Source: Octopus sinensis
Taxonomy: Eukaryota
Direction of reading: 5' to 3'
Assembly: GCF_006345805.1 (NCBI RefSeq)
Contig: NC_043010.1
Location: 38,998,001 to 39,062,000, forward strand
Length of the DNA: 64,000 nucleotides
The position numbers and the translations under genes were made by a program. Shown in pieces: positions 1-13,830 of the stretch (the first letter of the stretch is position 1; the number at the start of each line of letters is the position of its first letter). The notes below the pieces were generated by a model. The model was given only the letters and a program-made list of their open reading frames with translations, made no database searches and was not told the origin of the DNA.

Positions 1-29
1 ATCAGTTTATGAAATAACGACGTACATAT

Positions 30-395
30 ATGGCGTTGGCTCGGCTGTGTGGTAAGCAGTGTGTTTCCCAACCACATAGATCCAGTTTCAGTCCAAGTGC
101 GTGGTACGCAAGGAACGTGACTTCTCATCAGGCCGCGCAAAGATTTCTGAGAGGTTTTGGTAGACGGAAAATGAAAGACGCCTGCCGTATGCATATACAT
201 ATATGTATGTGAATATATATCTATATATCAATGCATGGACTGGCTGTGAGTGAAATAGCTTGCTTACCAGCCACATGGTTCCGGGTTCAGTCCCAAGGCG
301 TGGAATCTTTGGCAACTGTGTTCTACTATAGCCTCGGGCCAACCAAAGCCTTGAATGGATTTGGTAGACGGAAACTGAAATTCGCTCGCCTTATG
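30..395 (+). mobile_element. Two tandem 5' halves of a tRNA-derived octopus-type SINE (family A), degenerate
   Basis: Both match the 'tggctgtgtggtaag..cttgcttaccaaccacatggttccgggttcagtccca..ggatttggtagacggaaactgaaa' head seen intact at 34143 and 52816. Confidence 0.85.
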
Positions 396-451
396 CATAT
401 ACATAAATACATACATACATACATACATACATAATATATATTATATATATA

Positions 452-515
<64 letters not shown>

Positions 516-516
516 T

Positions 517-909
517 CTAGCAGTATCGCCCGGCGTTACTCGGGTTTGTAAGGGAAATAACTATTTTAGCATTTTAGAGATGTAAAGTATAATAGCCATA
601 TCAATATTGTTAACCATAAAGAGGGGGTGTTACTGTAGTTTTTTACGTTCTGAGATTTAATAATAAATTTTTAGAGAGTTACTTCCCTTATATATGCCAA
701 AAATGCATTAAAAATGGGAAAACGTGATTGTAAATTTTTAAAAAATCGTAGACTCATCGTAGACGCGCGCTAATACCCAGAAGGGCTCGATATGAATCAC
801 GACTATAAGATACCCGGTTTGGTTAAACTGCACCGCAAAATGTGGGAGTAGTTAGGAATCTAAATCGTAGGAGACAGACAGCACACAACCTCACTTTTAT
901 ATATAAAGA
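517..909 (-). mobile_element. Non-autonomous Helitron (~393 bp)
   Basis: Minus strand starts TCTTTATATATAAAAG (5' TC) and ends cccg-agtaacgc-cggg hairpin + cgatactg + CTAG, the canonical Helitron termini. It sits between AT microsatellites; the 3' flank base is A rather than the expected T. Confidence 0.85.
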
Positions 910-967
910 TGTATGTATGTATGTATGTATATATATATATGTATGTATGTATATATATATATGTATG

Positions 968-999
<32 letters not shown>

Positions 1000-1021
1000 T
1001 GTATATATATATATATGTATA

Positions 1022-2275
1022 TATAAACAACAATCACATCTGACAGAAGTTTTGATGGGAATATTCCACCAGTATTCCTTGAGTTGGTGTTTATGAAAGT
1101 ATTCCATAACAGAAGGATTTTCTACGTTTATTTCTGGACAGTCTTTCTTTCGGATCGTATAGTAAATTGTTTTAGCAACAGCATCGAGCCGCATAGTGAG
1201 GTAGTACCGCAACGACATTTTAGGACATCTGCTAATCACATGTGTTATGTCTTCCACAAAAACATGATATAGTCTACACATACGGTTGCACCTTGGGATT
1301 ACAAGATCCTTACTGTCTATCTTGTTTACCAGGTATTATGTGTGATCCTCCTGTTTTGGGATTGCAAACACATAGCCTTTTAATTGTGATGTAATGTAGT
1401 GGTCTTGTGTCCACGAAAAGCTGCGCTTCGTGTCAATTCTAATGTGTACTTCAAGCTTCCGGGCAACATACCAGTCCATGGTCTTCTTTTTGTATGCTGA
1501 GTGCTTTCAATTCAGGTTTTCTCTGAGGTGAGGGGGTTCAGCTGTTTTAGGGCTGTATAAGATCATCAGGAAGAAAGTGTTTCTTGAGGAGATCAATGCC
1601 AACTCGTACAATGTTGTTCACTTCACTTTTCAGGACTGCATTGATATATTTATTTTTGCTGCTGTCGTTTAGCAGGTGCTGCCTGAGTGATATCATACAA
1701 CATTCGAAGGCCGTCTGCACTGATCTCAAGCCTCTATCACTTTCGTTTCTTCTTAGGCAGAGCCTGTCAATATCACTGTTTCTGTCGAAGTTCCCTGTTG
1801 TTTTCAAGATTTTGTAGGTTTTGATATCTATGGAGTGGATTTCCTCTACAGACCAATCAAGTACCCCAAGTGCTGCGAACAGTACTGTTACTGCAAGTGC
1901 ATTGTGGGATACTGTCTGTTGTAAAGGGAGAGTTCCGAGTGCCATATTTTCCTAAGTCTGTTGTAATATTCTCGGGTCACTCTACCTTTATTCACAGTGC
2001 CTTCATATGAAACATTTTCGTCTATGCCTAGGTACTTGTAACATTCTTTCTGTGGAGGGGGGTGGGGTAGAGAGACCGTTGATGCACAGGTTTTGGGTTT
2101 GGGGACTGACTTTCCTCATTCTATTACCAAATACGAACGTTTCTTTTGGCCAAATTCCATGCCTATATCAGCTGAAAATATTATTAATTCCAGTTACTTT
2201 TTGGCATTGTTAAAACATTTAGCATGAATCTTCAGGCTGTCTCCACAGAAATTATGAACTACATTGATATTTCTA
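1022..2275 (-). mobile_element. R4/Dong/NeSL-like RLE non-LTR retrotransposon fragment (end of RT, thumb, CCHC knuckle), decayed
   Basis: Minus-strand peptides FS.DIGMEFG.KK, ECYKYLGIDENVSYEG, W..EEIHSIDIKTYKIL..GNFDRNSDIDRL...RGL and CRL...EDITHVISRCP..RYYLTMRLDAVAK; stops and frameshifts present. Confidence 0.9.
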
Positions 2276-2348
2276 GCAGTTGAAGATGCATGTATGTATA
2301 CATGCATGTATTTATGTATGTATTTATGTATGTATGTATGTATGTATG

Positions 2349-2382
<34 letters not shown>

Positions 2383-2741
2383 TGTATGTATGTATGTATG
2401 TATGTATGTATGTATGTATGTATGTTTGTATGTATGTAAATACGTATAGATAGATAGATCGTTTAAAGTGGTGTATGGATTTTGGTTAATGCTTTATTAG
2501 CGCTCTCGTCGCGCTCGTTGACAGTTCTCAGATGTGAGTTTCACAGAAAATTTGCCTTTTACACAAATGTGAAAGACGACGTTGTTTTGTTAGTTATCTA
2601 TATGTGTGTGTATATAGCAAAAGAGAAAGAGAAAAGAGATGAAGAAAAGAAAGAAGGAAGAAGAGTAAGAACGTCGGGATGATAGGGAGAAGGACACGAA
2701 AGAAAAAAATAGAAAACAGAAAGATGGATTTAGATATTATT

Positions 2742-3145
2742 TCTTTATTGCCCACAGGAGGCTAAATATAGAGAGGACAAACAAGGACAGACAAAGAGAT
2801 TAAGTCGATTATATTGACCCCAGTGAGTAACTGGTACTTATTTAATCGACCCCGAAAGGATGAAAGGCAAAGTCGACCTCGGCGGAATTTGAACTCAGAA
2901 TGTAGCGGCAGACGAATTACCTATTTCTTTACAACCCACAAGGGGCTAAACACAGAGAGGACAAACAAGGTCAGACAAACGGATTAAGTCGATTATATCG
3001 ACCCCAGTGCGTAACTGGTACTTATTTAATCGACCTTGAAAGGATGAAAGGCAAAGTCGACCTCGGCAGAATTTGAACTCAGAACGTAGCGGCAGACGAA
3101 AGCATTTCGCGAAGCATTTCACCCGGCGTGATAACGTTTCTGCCT
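2742..3145 (-). mobile_element. Dimeric tRNA-derived SINE with Deu/Nin-like core (family C)
   Basis: Two tandem copies of rc 'gttctgagttcaaattccgccgaggtcgactttgcctttcatcctttcggggtcgattaaataagtaccag'; the Deu/Nin assignment is from recalled similarity. Confidence 0.85.
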
Positions 3146-3245
3146 ACCGCAAATACTGATTAGACGTTAATCTCATGTGAACATCTGCTGCTTTCTATGA
3201 AGTGCAAGACGTTATATGGAGTAACATTAAAGGAGTGAAACTTAC

Positions 3246-3449
3246 AATTTTTTGTAATGCACACAGCCTCACAGTCCCAACGAATAAAACGGAAAAGGTG
3301 TTATCCCTGACGATGGTGAGGGAGATGCGCTGGAACATCCAGTCTGACTCATAGGGCTCGCTCTTGCCGCCAACCATCCCCGTCCCGATAGCAGTGAGCG
3401 GGTATATTGTCCAGTGGTCAAGAATGCCCGTCGTCTCCACTGTCACAGG
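3246..3449 (-). CDS. Internal coding exon of an unidentified host gene (68 aa: PVTVETTGILDHWTIYPLTAIGTGMVGGKSEPYESDWMFQRISLTIVRDNTFSVLFVGTVRLCALQKI)
   Basis: Acceptor ttttttgtttag| and donor |gtaagt on the minus strand; 204 nt, open in phase 0-0; about 50% GC in a very AT-rich background; not recognisably TE-derived. Confidence 0.65.
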
Positions 3450-3927
3450 CTAAACAAAAAATATTGACAAATTGAAGATCGTTCACCTACTAACAACTAC
3501 AGTCCTCTACTGACCCCAAATATAACAACAAAAGGCATGTCATAGTAACAAAACCTGTCTCCATTTCTCTTTTTCTTTCTTTCTTTCTTTCTCTCTTTCT
3601 TTCTTTCTCCTTTCTTGTCCTTGTCCTTTATTTCTTATTTCCTGCGACAAACATAAACACAAAAACACAGACACAAAGACACAACGCACACACCTACACA
3701 CACACACACACACACACACACACGCGTACACACACACACACTACCGCCACCCATACACGGACGTCTCTCAGTAAGTATTGGTGTGCCCGAAGCAATTAAT
3801 GATACAGAACGTAGAGCCCTAACGTTTGGAAATATAATTCTTACACGCAGCCAGGGTATATATATATACACATATATACGTACCATCTATATTGTATGTG
3901 GGTGTGTGTGCTGAATATGTTAGTTTG

Positions 3928-3988
<61 letters not shown>

Positions 3989-4609
3989 TATATATATATT
4001 ACATATGCATTATTATATAGATATATATATATACATACATCATATATATGTATGTATGTATCTTTTTTTTTCTGTACATCATGTGTATATAGACGTATGT
4101 AAACGAAAATTATAAATATGTTAATATGATTTTGTTTGCTAACGTCAACTTTGGAATTATAAAAAGCCGTAAGAAACGTCTGGAAAAATTAATGCAAATT
4201 TAAAAGCCAAAAATAAATTAAGCTAACTTTTATGATAATTAAATTAAATAAACAAATGTTTGACAGTAAATTTCGAATGATAGCTAACAATGAAGAAATA
4301 GATTAACCACTCGTTCGGCTCTCAAAACTAATTGAATAATATGAATGTTTAAAACCTTTATAAACGCAATTATGGTAACTTGTAAACTTAGATATTACCT
4401 CAGTTAATATATAAATAAATAATAGATATAAAAGAATAAGTAACAAGTTTTTATTGTGCGTGTGTGTTAATTCGATCGGGCTCAATGCAATTTTCTTCAG
4501 TGTGTAAAAACAAATAATATAAAGGGGTTCCGTTTGTTGAAAACTAGAAATGAATTAGAATCTTCCGCCTGGATTAAGTTGGTACGCTAGGTGCCAGAAT
4601 CGATGTATC

Positions 4610-5200
4610 GATTGGCATATTGATTAATTTCTTTTTCCCTTTCTATCACAGCATCACAGTACCGACCAGATCGTTAGATGCTGTTTTGCACCGCTGGTCA
4701 CAATGTCCTTCCAAATCTGTCTTGCTTGATTGCACCATTCTTTTTCAAGTGACCTTTTACGATCTTTCGAATACTTTTCGGCAACTGTACGGGTCCACCT
4801 GTTGTTTGTGAACTTTGTGACATAACCGGCCCAGTGGAACTTGTGCTTTCGGTAGTCTGCGATCACATCGTTCACTCCACACTCTCGAATTATCTCGTTT
4901 CGAATACGCTCTCGTAATGATATTCCAGTCATCGATCTTGCTACGGCCATCTGTTTCATTCCGTCGTAGAACTATCTAGTAGCCCACGTCTCACTTGCAC
5001 ATAAGAGCGCAGGTAGGATGGTACTATGGAAAGATCTGACAGATATGGTATTATCTCGTTGTGTTTTGAACACATCATTTATAGAATATATATAGACCTG
5101 CCATCTTGCACTTATTCTCTTTAAGATTTCAGCATCCATACCACGGCGCATATTCACTGTGTTCCATACGTAGACGTATATCTTTATCTCCTCGATATCT
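4610..5200 (-). mobile_element. RTE-clade LINE 3' fragment (thumb region), decayed
   Basis: Peptides STILPALLCASETW and MTGISLRERIRNEIIRECGVNDVIADYRKHKFHWAGYVTKFTNNRWTR. Confidence 0.85.
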
Positions 5201-5499
5201 ACAGCTATGTAAAAATGATTAAATTCTCGATGTGAAATACTAAACCATTCTCAACAATTGTACATATAAGAAACTATATTCTGATGTAAGGATATTGCAT
5301 TGTCTCCAATATCATGATGAGATGACAGATTCAGATTCCATTTAATACCGCATGATATAGCATAGTCACTGATTAAATTGATTCCAGCTATATTAACGAT
5401 TTTTCTAAACTATTTCTTATTGAAACGATCGTAACCGGATAACTAAATGTGATAACAATATTCTCATTCTCTTATAAATTCCAAGTACATATATGTATG

Positions 5500-5539
<40 letters not shown>

Positions 5540-5550
5540 TTATATATATA

Positions 5551-5590
<40 letters not shown>

Positions 5591-5789
5591 GTATGTATGT
5601 ATGTATGTATGTATGTATGTATAATTAAATAGTTTTATCTGAGTGCGAAATAGAATAATCTACAACTGAAGGAATATACAATAAGTAAATTTCATGGAAA
5701 ATATGGAAATATTTTATGCTCTTTCAATCAGAGCAAAATACCTCTCAAAATAATCTTTTATATTTTATCTTTTAATTGTTCGTTTCAGT

Positions 5790-6012
5790 CAATAATACGA
5801 CCATGCTGGAGCACCACCTTCAACAAGTTTTAGTCAAATAAATTTACCTATTTTGTAAGCCTGGTACTTATACTATCGAAACAAACTAACACCGGTTGTC
5901 TAGCGAGTTTGGGGAACAAGCACAGACGCACACGCACGCACACGCATAACTATACTACAGGCTTCTTTCAGTTTCTATCTACCAAATCCACTCAGAAGGC
6001 TATGGTCGGTCC
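5790..6012 (-). mobile_element. Family A SINE fragments
   Basis: gaccatgctggagcaccacc, ggtacttatactatcg, caccggttgtc and ttcagtttctatctaccaaatccactc match the reverse complement of the copy at 52816. Confidence 0.75.
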
Positions 6013-6540
6013 GAGATTATAGTAGACTATACGCTCTTCCACGGAAAGAAACAAGGAAAGAAGATAAAGAATGTGTAGTGGCCAGCGATGTATCATGGCG
6101 AAGGCCGGACAGTCACACAGGAGAGCTAGGGAGAAGGGGAGATAACAAAGTGGTGGTGATCCCAAAGTGAAGGTGCGCGTGCGTATTACAAGAGTTTGCA
6201 TGTGCGTGTGGAAGAGGGCTGGTGATCTTATATATATATATATATATATATATATGAATGTTTGTGCATGATAAATATATGTCTAAGTGAATACTAATCA
6301 ATGCTTTTATATTTATGCATATGTGCATAAATGTGTGTATATATGTGTGAACATGAATATAAATGTGCATACGTGCGGAGATATATTGTGTATATATGAT
6401 GATGTATACGTATGTACAAATGCATGTAAATAATTGTGAACATCTCTGTGTGTGTATATACATATTTATATACGCATATATCTCTGTGTGGTTATGTATA
6501 TATAAGCGTATATGTATATATGTATGTGTGTATGCGTGTG

Positions 6541-6870
6541 AAGGCGCATGGCTCAGTGGTTAGAGCGTCGAGCTTACGATCGTGATGTTGAGAGGTCGAA
6601 TCTCGCACCGAGCTGCGTTTTGTGCTCTTGAGCAAGACACTTTAATTCCTGCTGCTCCATTTCATTCAGCTGTAGAAATGAGTTACGACGTCACAGATGC
6701 CAAGCTGTATCGGCCCCTTGCCTTTCTCTTGGATAAAACTGGTGGCATGGAGACTGGAGACCGTTATGCATGGGTGACTGCTGGTCTTCCATAAACAACC
6801 TTGCCCGGACTTGTGCTTGGGAAGATAGCTTTCTACGTGTAATCCCATGGTATGTGTCGTGACGAAGGGT
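6541..6870 (+). mobile_element. tRNA-derived SINE (family B), near full length
   Basis: A-box tggctcagtggttagagc, B-box-like ggtcgaatctc, then ttgagcaagacactt..cagctgtagaaatgagtt core; reverse copy at 14305-14527. Confidence 0.85.
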
Positions 6871-7465
6871 CTCAGATGCGTATATATATTTTTACGTGTA
6901 TGAGAGTATATTTGTAATTATACTGAATTAACAGATAAATATATAATCGTGTGATAGTAAGTAGGAATATAATTTTATATATAAATAAGTTTTTCTCTCT
7001 TTTTTATATACAAATTACATAAGTAATTTAATTTATCACCTCATTGATATTGCACTTTATTAATATCATAATTTAATCTTCAGTCTTTAGTTATTTACCT
7101 TTCCTTACCCTAATTATATTTATATAATATATATTACTCATTACAAACCTGTTACCCCCACCAAACCTGGACATATACCATTACAAGTCATAAACAGTAT
7201 CATTCAGTCTGCCTTGATGATTCAGACAACCAACACATAATGTTTCTAAGGGTATATTCTTTCCCTCTCTGAAGAGATTAAGCTCGGAAATATGAATTTA
7301 TTATTTTTTTATTATACTGTGCTTAATTGAAACCGCTGTAAGATATAATGATCGATTTTTGGTGATAGTAAACTCTTATTAACTTCAATATCTCCATTTT
7401 CCCATTCCTCTCTATATATATATAAATATATATTTATGGGATGACCCAATACACACACACATACA

Positions 7466-7519
<54 letters not shown>

Positions 7520-7760
7520 AATATATATATATATATATTACTGAAATGTACTTGCATAGCAAGTGACTTGATTTGAGATTGTGTGCTGATACAAAATCAA
7601 TTGCAGCGTGAAAGATGTTTATAAGCCATTTAAGAACACACAAAAAAACCGTTAGATTCACTTTAACATTTAAATATAATTTGTGTCAAAATATTTTCTT
7701 CGTCGCTTGGAAACCACAACCTGTTATCTGAAAAAAAACCTCAGGCTATATATATATAAA

Positions 7761-8420
7761 TCGGGTCATCCCATAAATAATGTGTTTTTTCAATTGTATG
7801 AAGGAGGGGACTGGATAAACTACCTGCGTCAACTTGCTATGGGAATAGGTAGTAATTTTACCTTGTCGTTATTCTTAGTGCAAATTTGGAAGAGTGCAGT
7901 TATTTTTTTAAAGGTATTATGGAAGTGACAAAGGAGCATATTCGGCATATTTTTCTCTATGAATTCAATAAAAGCAACACCGCAGCGGAAGGTGCGAGGT
8001 ATATTAATGCAGTGTATGTGGATCAGACAATAGCGTAAGCCATTATCAACGGTGGTTCCAAATATACATGCAGAGAAGTTTGGATTTAGTCATTCAACCA
8101 TTCATCGACACCTACATACCGTTGGAAAAGTCTTCAAATTCACCGGTCATTGCCCCATCTGATTATCATTTATTCCGCAGTTTTCAAAATAATTTAGACA
8201 AAAAATATGAATTCTGCAGACCATGTCAGAAAAATACTGGAGAAGTACTTTTCGTCACGGACAAGTGAATTTTGGAAGAGAGGGCCTTGCAAGTCTACCA
8301 GATAGATGCTAGAGCATTATAGAAGATGAAGAAGAATATGTTTTAGATTTTTAAAAAATTGTTTATCTTAATTCTGAAAAGTAAAAGAAGTATGAAAAAA
8401 CTGCATTATTTTTTGGGTCT
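7761..8420 (+). mobile_element. Internally deleted mariner transposon
   Basis: Left TIR gggtcatcccataaataatg; N-terminus MEVTKEHIRHIFLYEFNKSNTAAE; C-terminus SPVIAPSDYHLFRSFQNNL..FSSRTSEFWKRG(L)ASLPDR; degenerate right TIR; an orphan reverse TIR at 7433-7451. Confidence 0.9.
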
Positions 8421-8699
8421 CAGATGTAGGACCAACACTATGTTGTGCGACGCACCTAAGTTTGTATAAGATCAGCAGTTGCTGGGACAAAATATTTCAT
8501 GCCACTTGGATTGGTTCTTTTCAACTAGTCATTTGATTCTCAGGATTCAGGTGGCAAAACGTGCTGTCTATCTGTCTGTCTTTATGTTTACTTATCTGTC
8601 CGTCCATCTTTCCGTCCATCCGTCCGTCCGTCCGTCCGCCTGTCTGTCTGTAAGCAGGCATATAATTATCTTCACCCTGTATCTCAGGCGAAATAAATA

Positions 8700-8822
8700 A
8701 GGTACATTAAAGGTAGACGAGTCTGTAGAGTGCTCAGCCACTTGCACGTTAATTTCACGAGCAAGGTGTTCCATTGATCGTATCAGGCTGGGACCCTGGT
8801 CGTCGTAACCGACATAGTGATC
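8700..8822 (+). mobile_element. SINE fragment (family E); reverse copy at 48627-48815
   Basis: gagtgctcagccacttgcacgttaatttcacgag..gtcgtcgtaaccgac is the reverse complement of 48645-48740. Confidence 0.7.
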
Positions 8823-9582
8823 CCTATAAAATTGTATCTGTATGTACGCGTGTGAACTTCTATTTGTGAGCATGTGCATCAGTAGATTTGTTTTTGCCAA
8901 ATAATTCATTATAGAAAGACAGAACTATGCATATTTTACGTAGTATGCACGCCTTGCTTTTACTAAACAACCAGTAACCATATCAATACGAAGAAGCGTG
9001 AAAGAAAGACAAATGTATCGTAAAGTAAAGATTCAGAGGTAAATACAAATATAGATAGACAAACAGAGAGACAAAGAGACAGACAGATAGGTAGATAGAT
9101 AGAGATAGATAGAGAGATAGGGAGAGAGAAAGAGTGCGAGAGAGAGAGGGAGAGATAGAGAGCGAGAGAGAGGAAGACATGAATTAATGTATATGATAGG
9201 ATTTCTGCATTCTCTGAGTCTAAGTTCATGACCCATGATAGTGGTATTTTTAACCTGCATGACATAACTTTCATTGCAGTCTCGATTCCTGAATGCGACT
9301 TTACAAATTAGACATCAACGCAACCATTTTGAAACATCATTTACTTATAATTCTTGGGGTTTCCTCGTTTATCACAATCTGCGAGATATCGTTGATAAAG
9401 TTCCAATTAGATGATATTCTAGCGTCAAAGTGAACCTGATTGCAAAACTATCTCACTCAATTTCCTGCGTATTTGCAAATGTCTGATATGACAAAATGGT
9501 TGATAGCTATCTGCATTACAGTTACATATTCAAAAGAAGAAGATAGATAAAAATAATCAATACGATAAATATACATACGTAT

Positions 9583-9619
<37 letters not shown>

Positions 9620-11514
9620 CTATATATATTATATATATATATATATATTATATATATATATATATTATATATATATGTCTTTACATATAGTTATATGTAT
9701 AAACATATCGCCTTTGAAGTTTCGTTAGAATCCAAAATATTTCTAATGTCATCAGTGAGATGTGTGTACATATTCAAACTACTTAATATTTAATAACATA
9801 TCACTGAGACTTCGGGTGAAAGCTTTTCTCACAGATCTTTCATAAATACACGTATTTATGGAATCAGTATAACTCTATGAACTATTCCATTCATTAAGTA
9901 ACGGTTATTTTGAACTATAATAATACTGTTCGCAAAATAACCAATAAATATTGACTCATTCTTTATTCTCTATAACCTAGTCAACTATCTATAAGTTATC
10001 GTAACACATTTTTTTGTTTAGTACCTATACCTTCCTTCATCTATCGATGTAATTTTTCTGCAATTTAATCTCACAACCAGCTGTATAATCCCTCAGTGTT
10101 TCTTACCGCTGAAATGCTCTTCTCAAGTGAGTATTTGAACCGAAAATTCAAATATATTGTGTAAACGCTTCTCATGGTCAGCATAGAGCAGAACATTACA
10201 ATACTGCAGTTCATTGCCCATGAAAACCAGGGCCACACAAAGCACCAGACTCACAAGGCATTCTTTCAAATGTGGCTAACAGAAATGAGAGTCTAAAGAT
10301 TTTATATCTGCTTTTTATTAGAATGACAAAATTTGCTGTATCAGGTTTTGGCTGGTGCTGATCACAACTATGCCAAAAAGTGAGAAGATGGAGGATGATA
10401 ATCAAACGAAGATGGTGTAGATTGAACAGTCCACCACTAGAGCTTTTACGAGGTGGGAGATACACGTAATATAATGGGGAGTGTAAATCTAGTTTTATAA
10501 AAAGTAAATCACTGATGTTACGATGAAGTTCAAATATCAAAAGAGATGCTTTTTTGAAAAGGCGGGAAGTGTGAAATAGATAGATAGCGATAGATAGATA
10601 GATAGTGATGTGAAACATCTGATTATATGGGGGACAGGCGTGTTCATAATGGACCAATAACCAATAGAGAGGGTGATGAAATTATACAAGTGAATGATGG
10701 AGTGGAGGAAATGTGTTTATACAAGTGTATACATTCATTACACATTGACACACATATATGTAGGTCTTTGTGTATATGCAAAAGAGCTCATTAAAAAATC
10801 CCCGTGTGTAAATTAAAATGGAAAATAGAAAAATAGATTAAAAGAGAAAAGGTGACCTAAACATGGAAATCCTCTCATCAACCATGGCCTAGAATCAGCA
10901 TAGTTTCGGCATATTTAATATCTATGTACTTGAACTTCGATGGTAGTGTTCGTCTGCTTGCGTCAGTGAAAATGAATATCACTAAAGTGATGTAAAGACG
11001 AGATATAACTGAGGGTGATAACTGAGATGTAAAACGGGAAACTGGATAAATAACGGGTATAACGCACACACACACACATACACACATCACATACACACAT
11101 ACATACATATTTATCTGTCTACATATAAAAACTCAAAGAATGAAATCTTAAACACATAAGAGACTTCCCCTGCTATCAATCTCTGTCCCTCTTCGCGTTC
11201 ACTTTACTGTTAAAAATAAAGGAAATAGAAAATATTGATCGTACTGTGTATAATTGTAATTGTAATTTTAATTGTAAATAACTCAGGGCTTTCATTGCGC
11301 TTCCTCTCTCACTTTCTCCTCTATCAAAAAAGAAAGCAAATAATCGATCGTATCTATAGTTGGAATAGAACATCGAAACGATGAAAGAAAATGGAAACGG
11401 AAACATGGAAATCGCCTTACCAGACATGTAATGTAGGGGCAAGTATGTGTATGTGAATTTTGGTATGTGCATATAATCTATGGGCATTTATCTATAAACC
11501 TACATGTACGTACG

Positions 11515-13132
11515 TAAACCAAAACTCATAAAAACATATAACGATAAAATCTCCCTTTGCTAAACCCTATAACAAACTTATATAGCAATCCCCTAACCTA
11601 AACATTCACACACAAAACACCCACGTAAACCACAGACCCAAGACTTATAAACAAACCTATACTAACTTATAAACCTCAATATACCACCAAAAACCACTCC
11701 CTCCCCACACAGACAAATTAACACATACATCCCAAATCCTAAATAACAAACCCAAATACACATTCACACACAAACACACACACACGCAAAACACACACAC
11801 ACAACAGATACAATATGTCCCTCACATATACGCATATACATACTCACTAAAACTCGATATATACAACAATATTTACACCCACACTCATACAGATAAATAA
11901 ATTAATTATACAATAAAAACTCACAAACCAATCTCATATACATAAACACTCTTATGAAAACAACAATAAATACATCGTAATTAACCAGAATATCAAAAAT
12001 AACATTATGACATAAGGATAAATCAAATACATACTTACAATTCAGTTACAAATTATGAAGTGAAATTAGATTCTTAGCCGTAAAAAACAAACAAAATTAC
12101 GTTACCATGGAAATAACTAATGTAAAAAAAGAATACGCGCCATAGAAGTAAACGTCATTCATAGTATGAATGGAGAAATATAATAAATGGAACTAAAAAC
12201 TATTTCCACGTAGCAAACCAACGCTACTTAAAAAAAATTTATTATGAATGGATTCTTAAAAAACTATCATGAAAAATCAATTATATACCTTTATGAGCTT
12301 TAGCTCACCCTAGCAACTCTAACAAACAACTTACAGTAACCATACTCAATGCCTACCTCATTACCACCCTAATCCATCACAATTCCAAGCAACACTAGTC
12401 CACCACCCGGTTACAATTCCCAACTCTACCCATTCATTCACAATTTCAACGACGTTCCCTTCAACAACTATTTCTCCATTCATACTATGAATGACGTTTA
12501 CTTTCTATGGCGCGTATTCTTTTTTACATTAGTTATTTCCATGGTAACGTAATTTTGTTTGGTTTTTTAACGGCTAAGAATCTAATTTCACTTCATAATT
12601 TGTAACTGAATTGTAAGTATGTATTTGATTTATCCTTATGTCATAATGTTATTTTTGATATTCTGGTTATTACGATGTATTTATTGTTGTTTTCATAAGA
12701 GTGTTTATGTATATGAGATTGGTTGTGAGTTTTAATTGTATAATTAATTTATTTATCTGTATGAGTGTGGGTGTAAATATTGTTGTATATATCGAGTTTT
12801 AGTGAGTATGTATATGCGTATATGTGAGGGAGCATATGTATCTGTTGTGTGTGTGTGTTTTGCGTGTGTGTGTGTTTGTGTGTGAATGTGTATTGGGTTT
12901 GTTATTTAGGATTTGGGATGTATGTGTTAATTTGTCTGTGTGGGGAGGGAGTGGTTTTTGGTGTATATTGAGGTTTATAAGTTAGTATAGGTTTGTGTAT
13001 AAGTCTTGGGTCTGTGGTTTACGTGTGGGGTTTTGTGTGTGAATGTTTAGGTTAGGGGGATTGCTATATAAGTTTGTTATAGGGTTAGCAAGGGAGATTT
13101 TATCGTTATATGTTTTTATGAGTTTTGGTTTA
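11515..13132. repeat. Long inverted repeat: arms 11515-12180 and 12469-13132 (~665 bp), 288-bp spacer
   Basis: aatggagaaata (12169-12180) mirrors tatttctccatt (12469-12480); taaaccaaaactcataaaaac mirrors gtttttatgagttttggttta; only scattered substitutions and indels. Confidence 0.95.
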
Positions 13133-13389
13133 TCATGGTTTCTTTTAGGTAATTCGTGGTATTTTGTCTATTTTAGGTGTTGGTTATTTTTTTACATTGT
13201 TTCATTCATAATTTTTGAGTGGTGTTCGTTTTGCCACGTGAATAAACGGGTGGTGGACTAGCGTTGCTTGGAATGTGAATGGAATAGTGTAGTAGTGAGG
13301 TAGGCATAGAGAATGGGATTGGGTTACTGCAAGTTGTTTGTTAGAGATGCTAAGGTGAGTTAAAGCTCATAAATGTATATAATGTTTTT

Positions 13390-13830
13390 TGTGGTGTGTA
13401 AGTATTGTTGTATATGTCGAGTTTAGTGAGTATGTATAGGCGTATATGTGAGGGAGTATATGTATCTTTTGTGTGTGAGTGTTTTGCGTGTGAGTGTGTG
13501 TTTGTGTGTGAATGTGTATATGGGTGTGTATTTAGGTTTTGGGATGTATGTGTTAATTTGTCTGTGTGGGGGGAGTGGGTTTGGTGTATATTGAGGTTTA
13601 TAAGTTAGTATAGGTATGTGTATAAGTCGTGAGTCTGTGGTTTACGTGTGTGTATTTGTGTGTGAATGTTTAGGTTAGGGGGTTTACTTTATAGGTTTGT
13701 TATAGAGTTTAGCAAGGGAGATTTTATCGTTATATGTTTTTAAGAGTTTTGTTTTATCATGGTTTTTTTTTTTTTTTTTTTTTTTTAGGGAATTCGTGGT
13801 AATTAGTCTATATTTTCGTTATGGATTAAT
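13390..13830 (+). repeat. Diverged direct copy of 12775-13170 (G/T-rich unit)
   Basis: Colinear: tattgttgtatat.tcgagttt(t)agtgagtatgtat .. gcaagggagattttatcgttatatgttttta.gagtttt, ending tagg.aattcgtggta. Confidence 0.9.

Noticed and set aside
85-135. Minus-strand CTGATGA...GAAA
   Set aside because: No stem III or stem I pairing; lies inside a degenerate SINE
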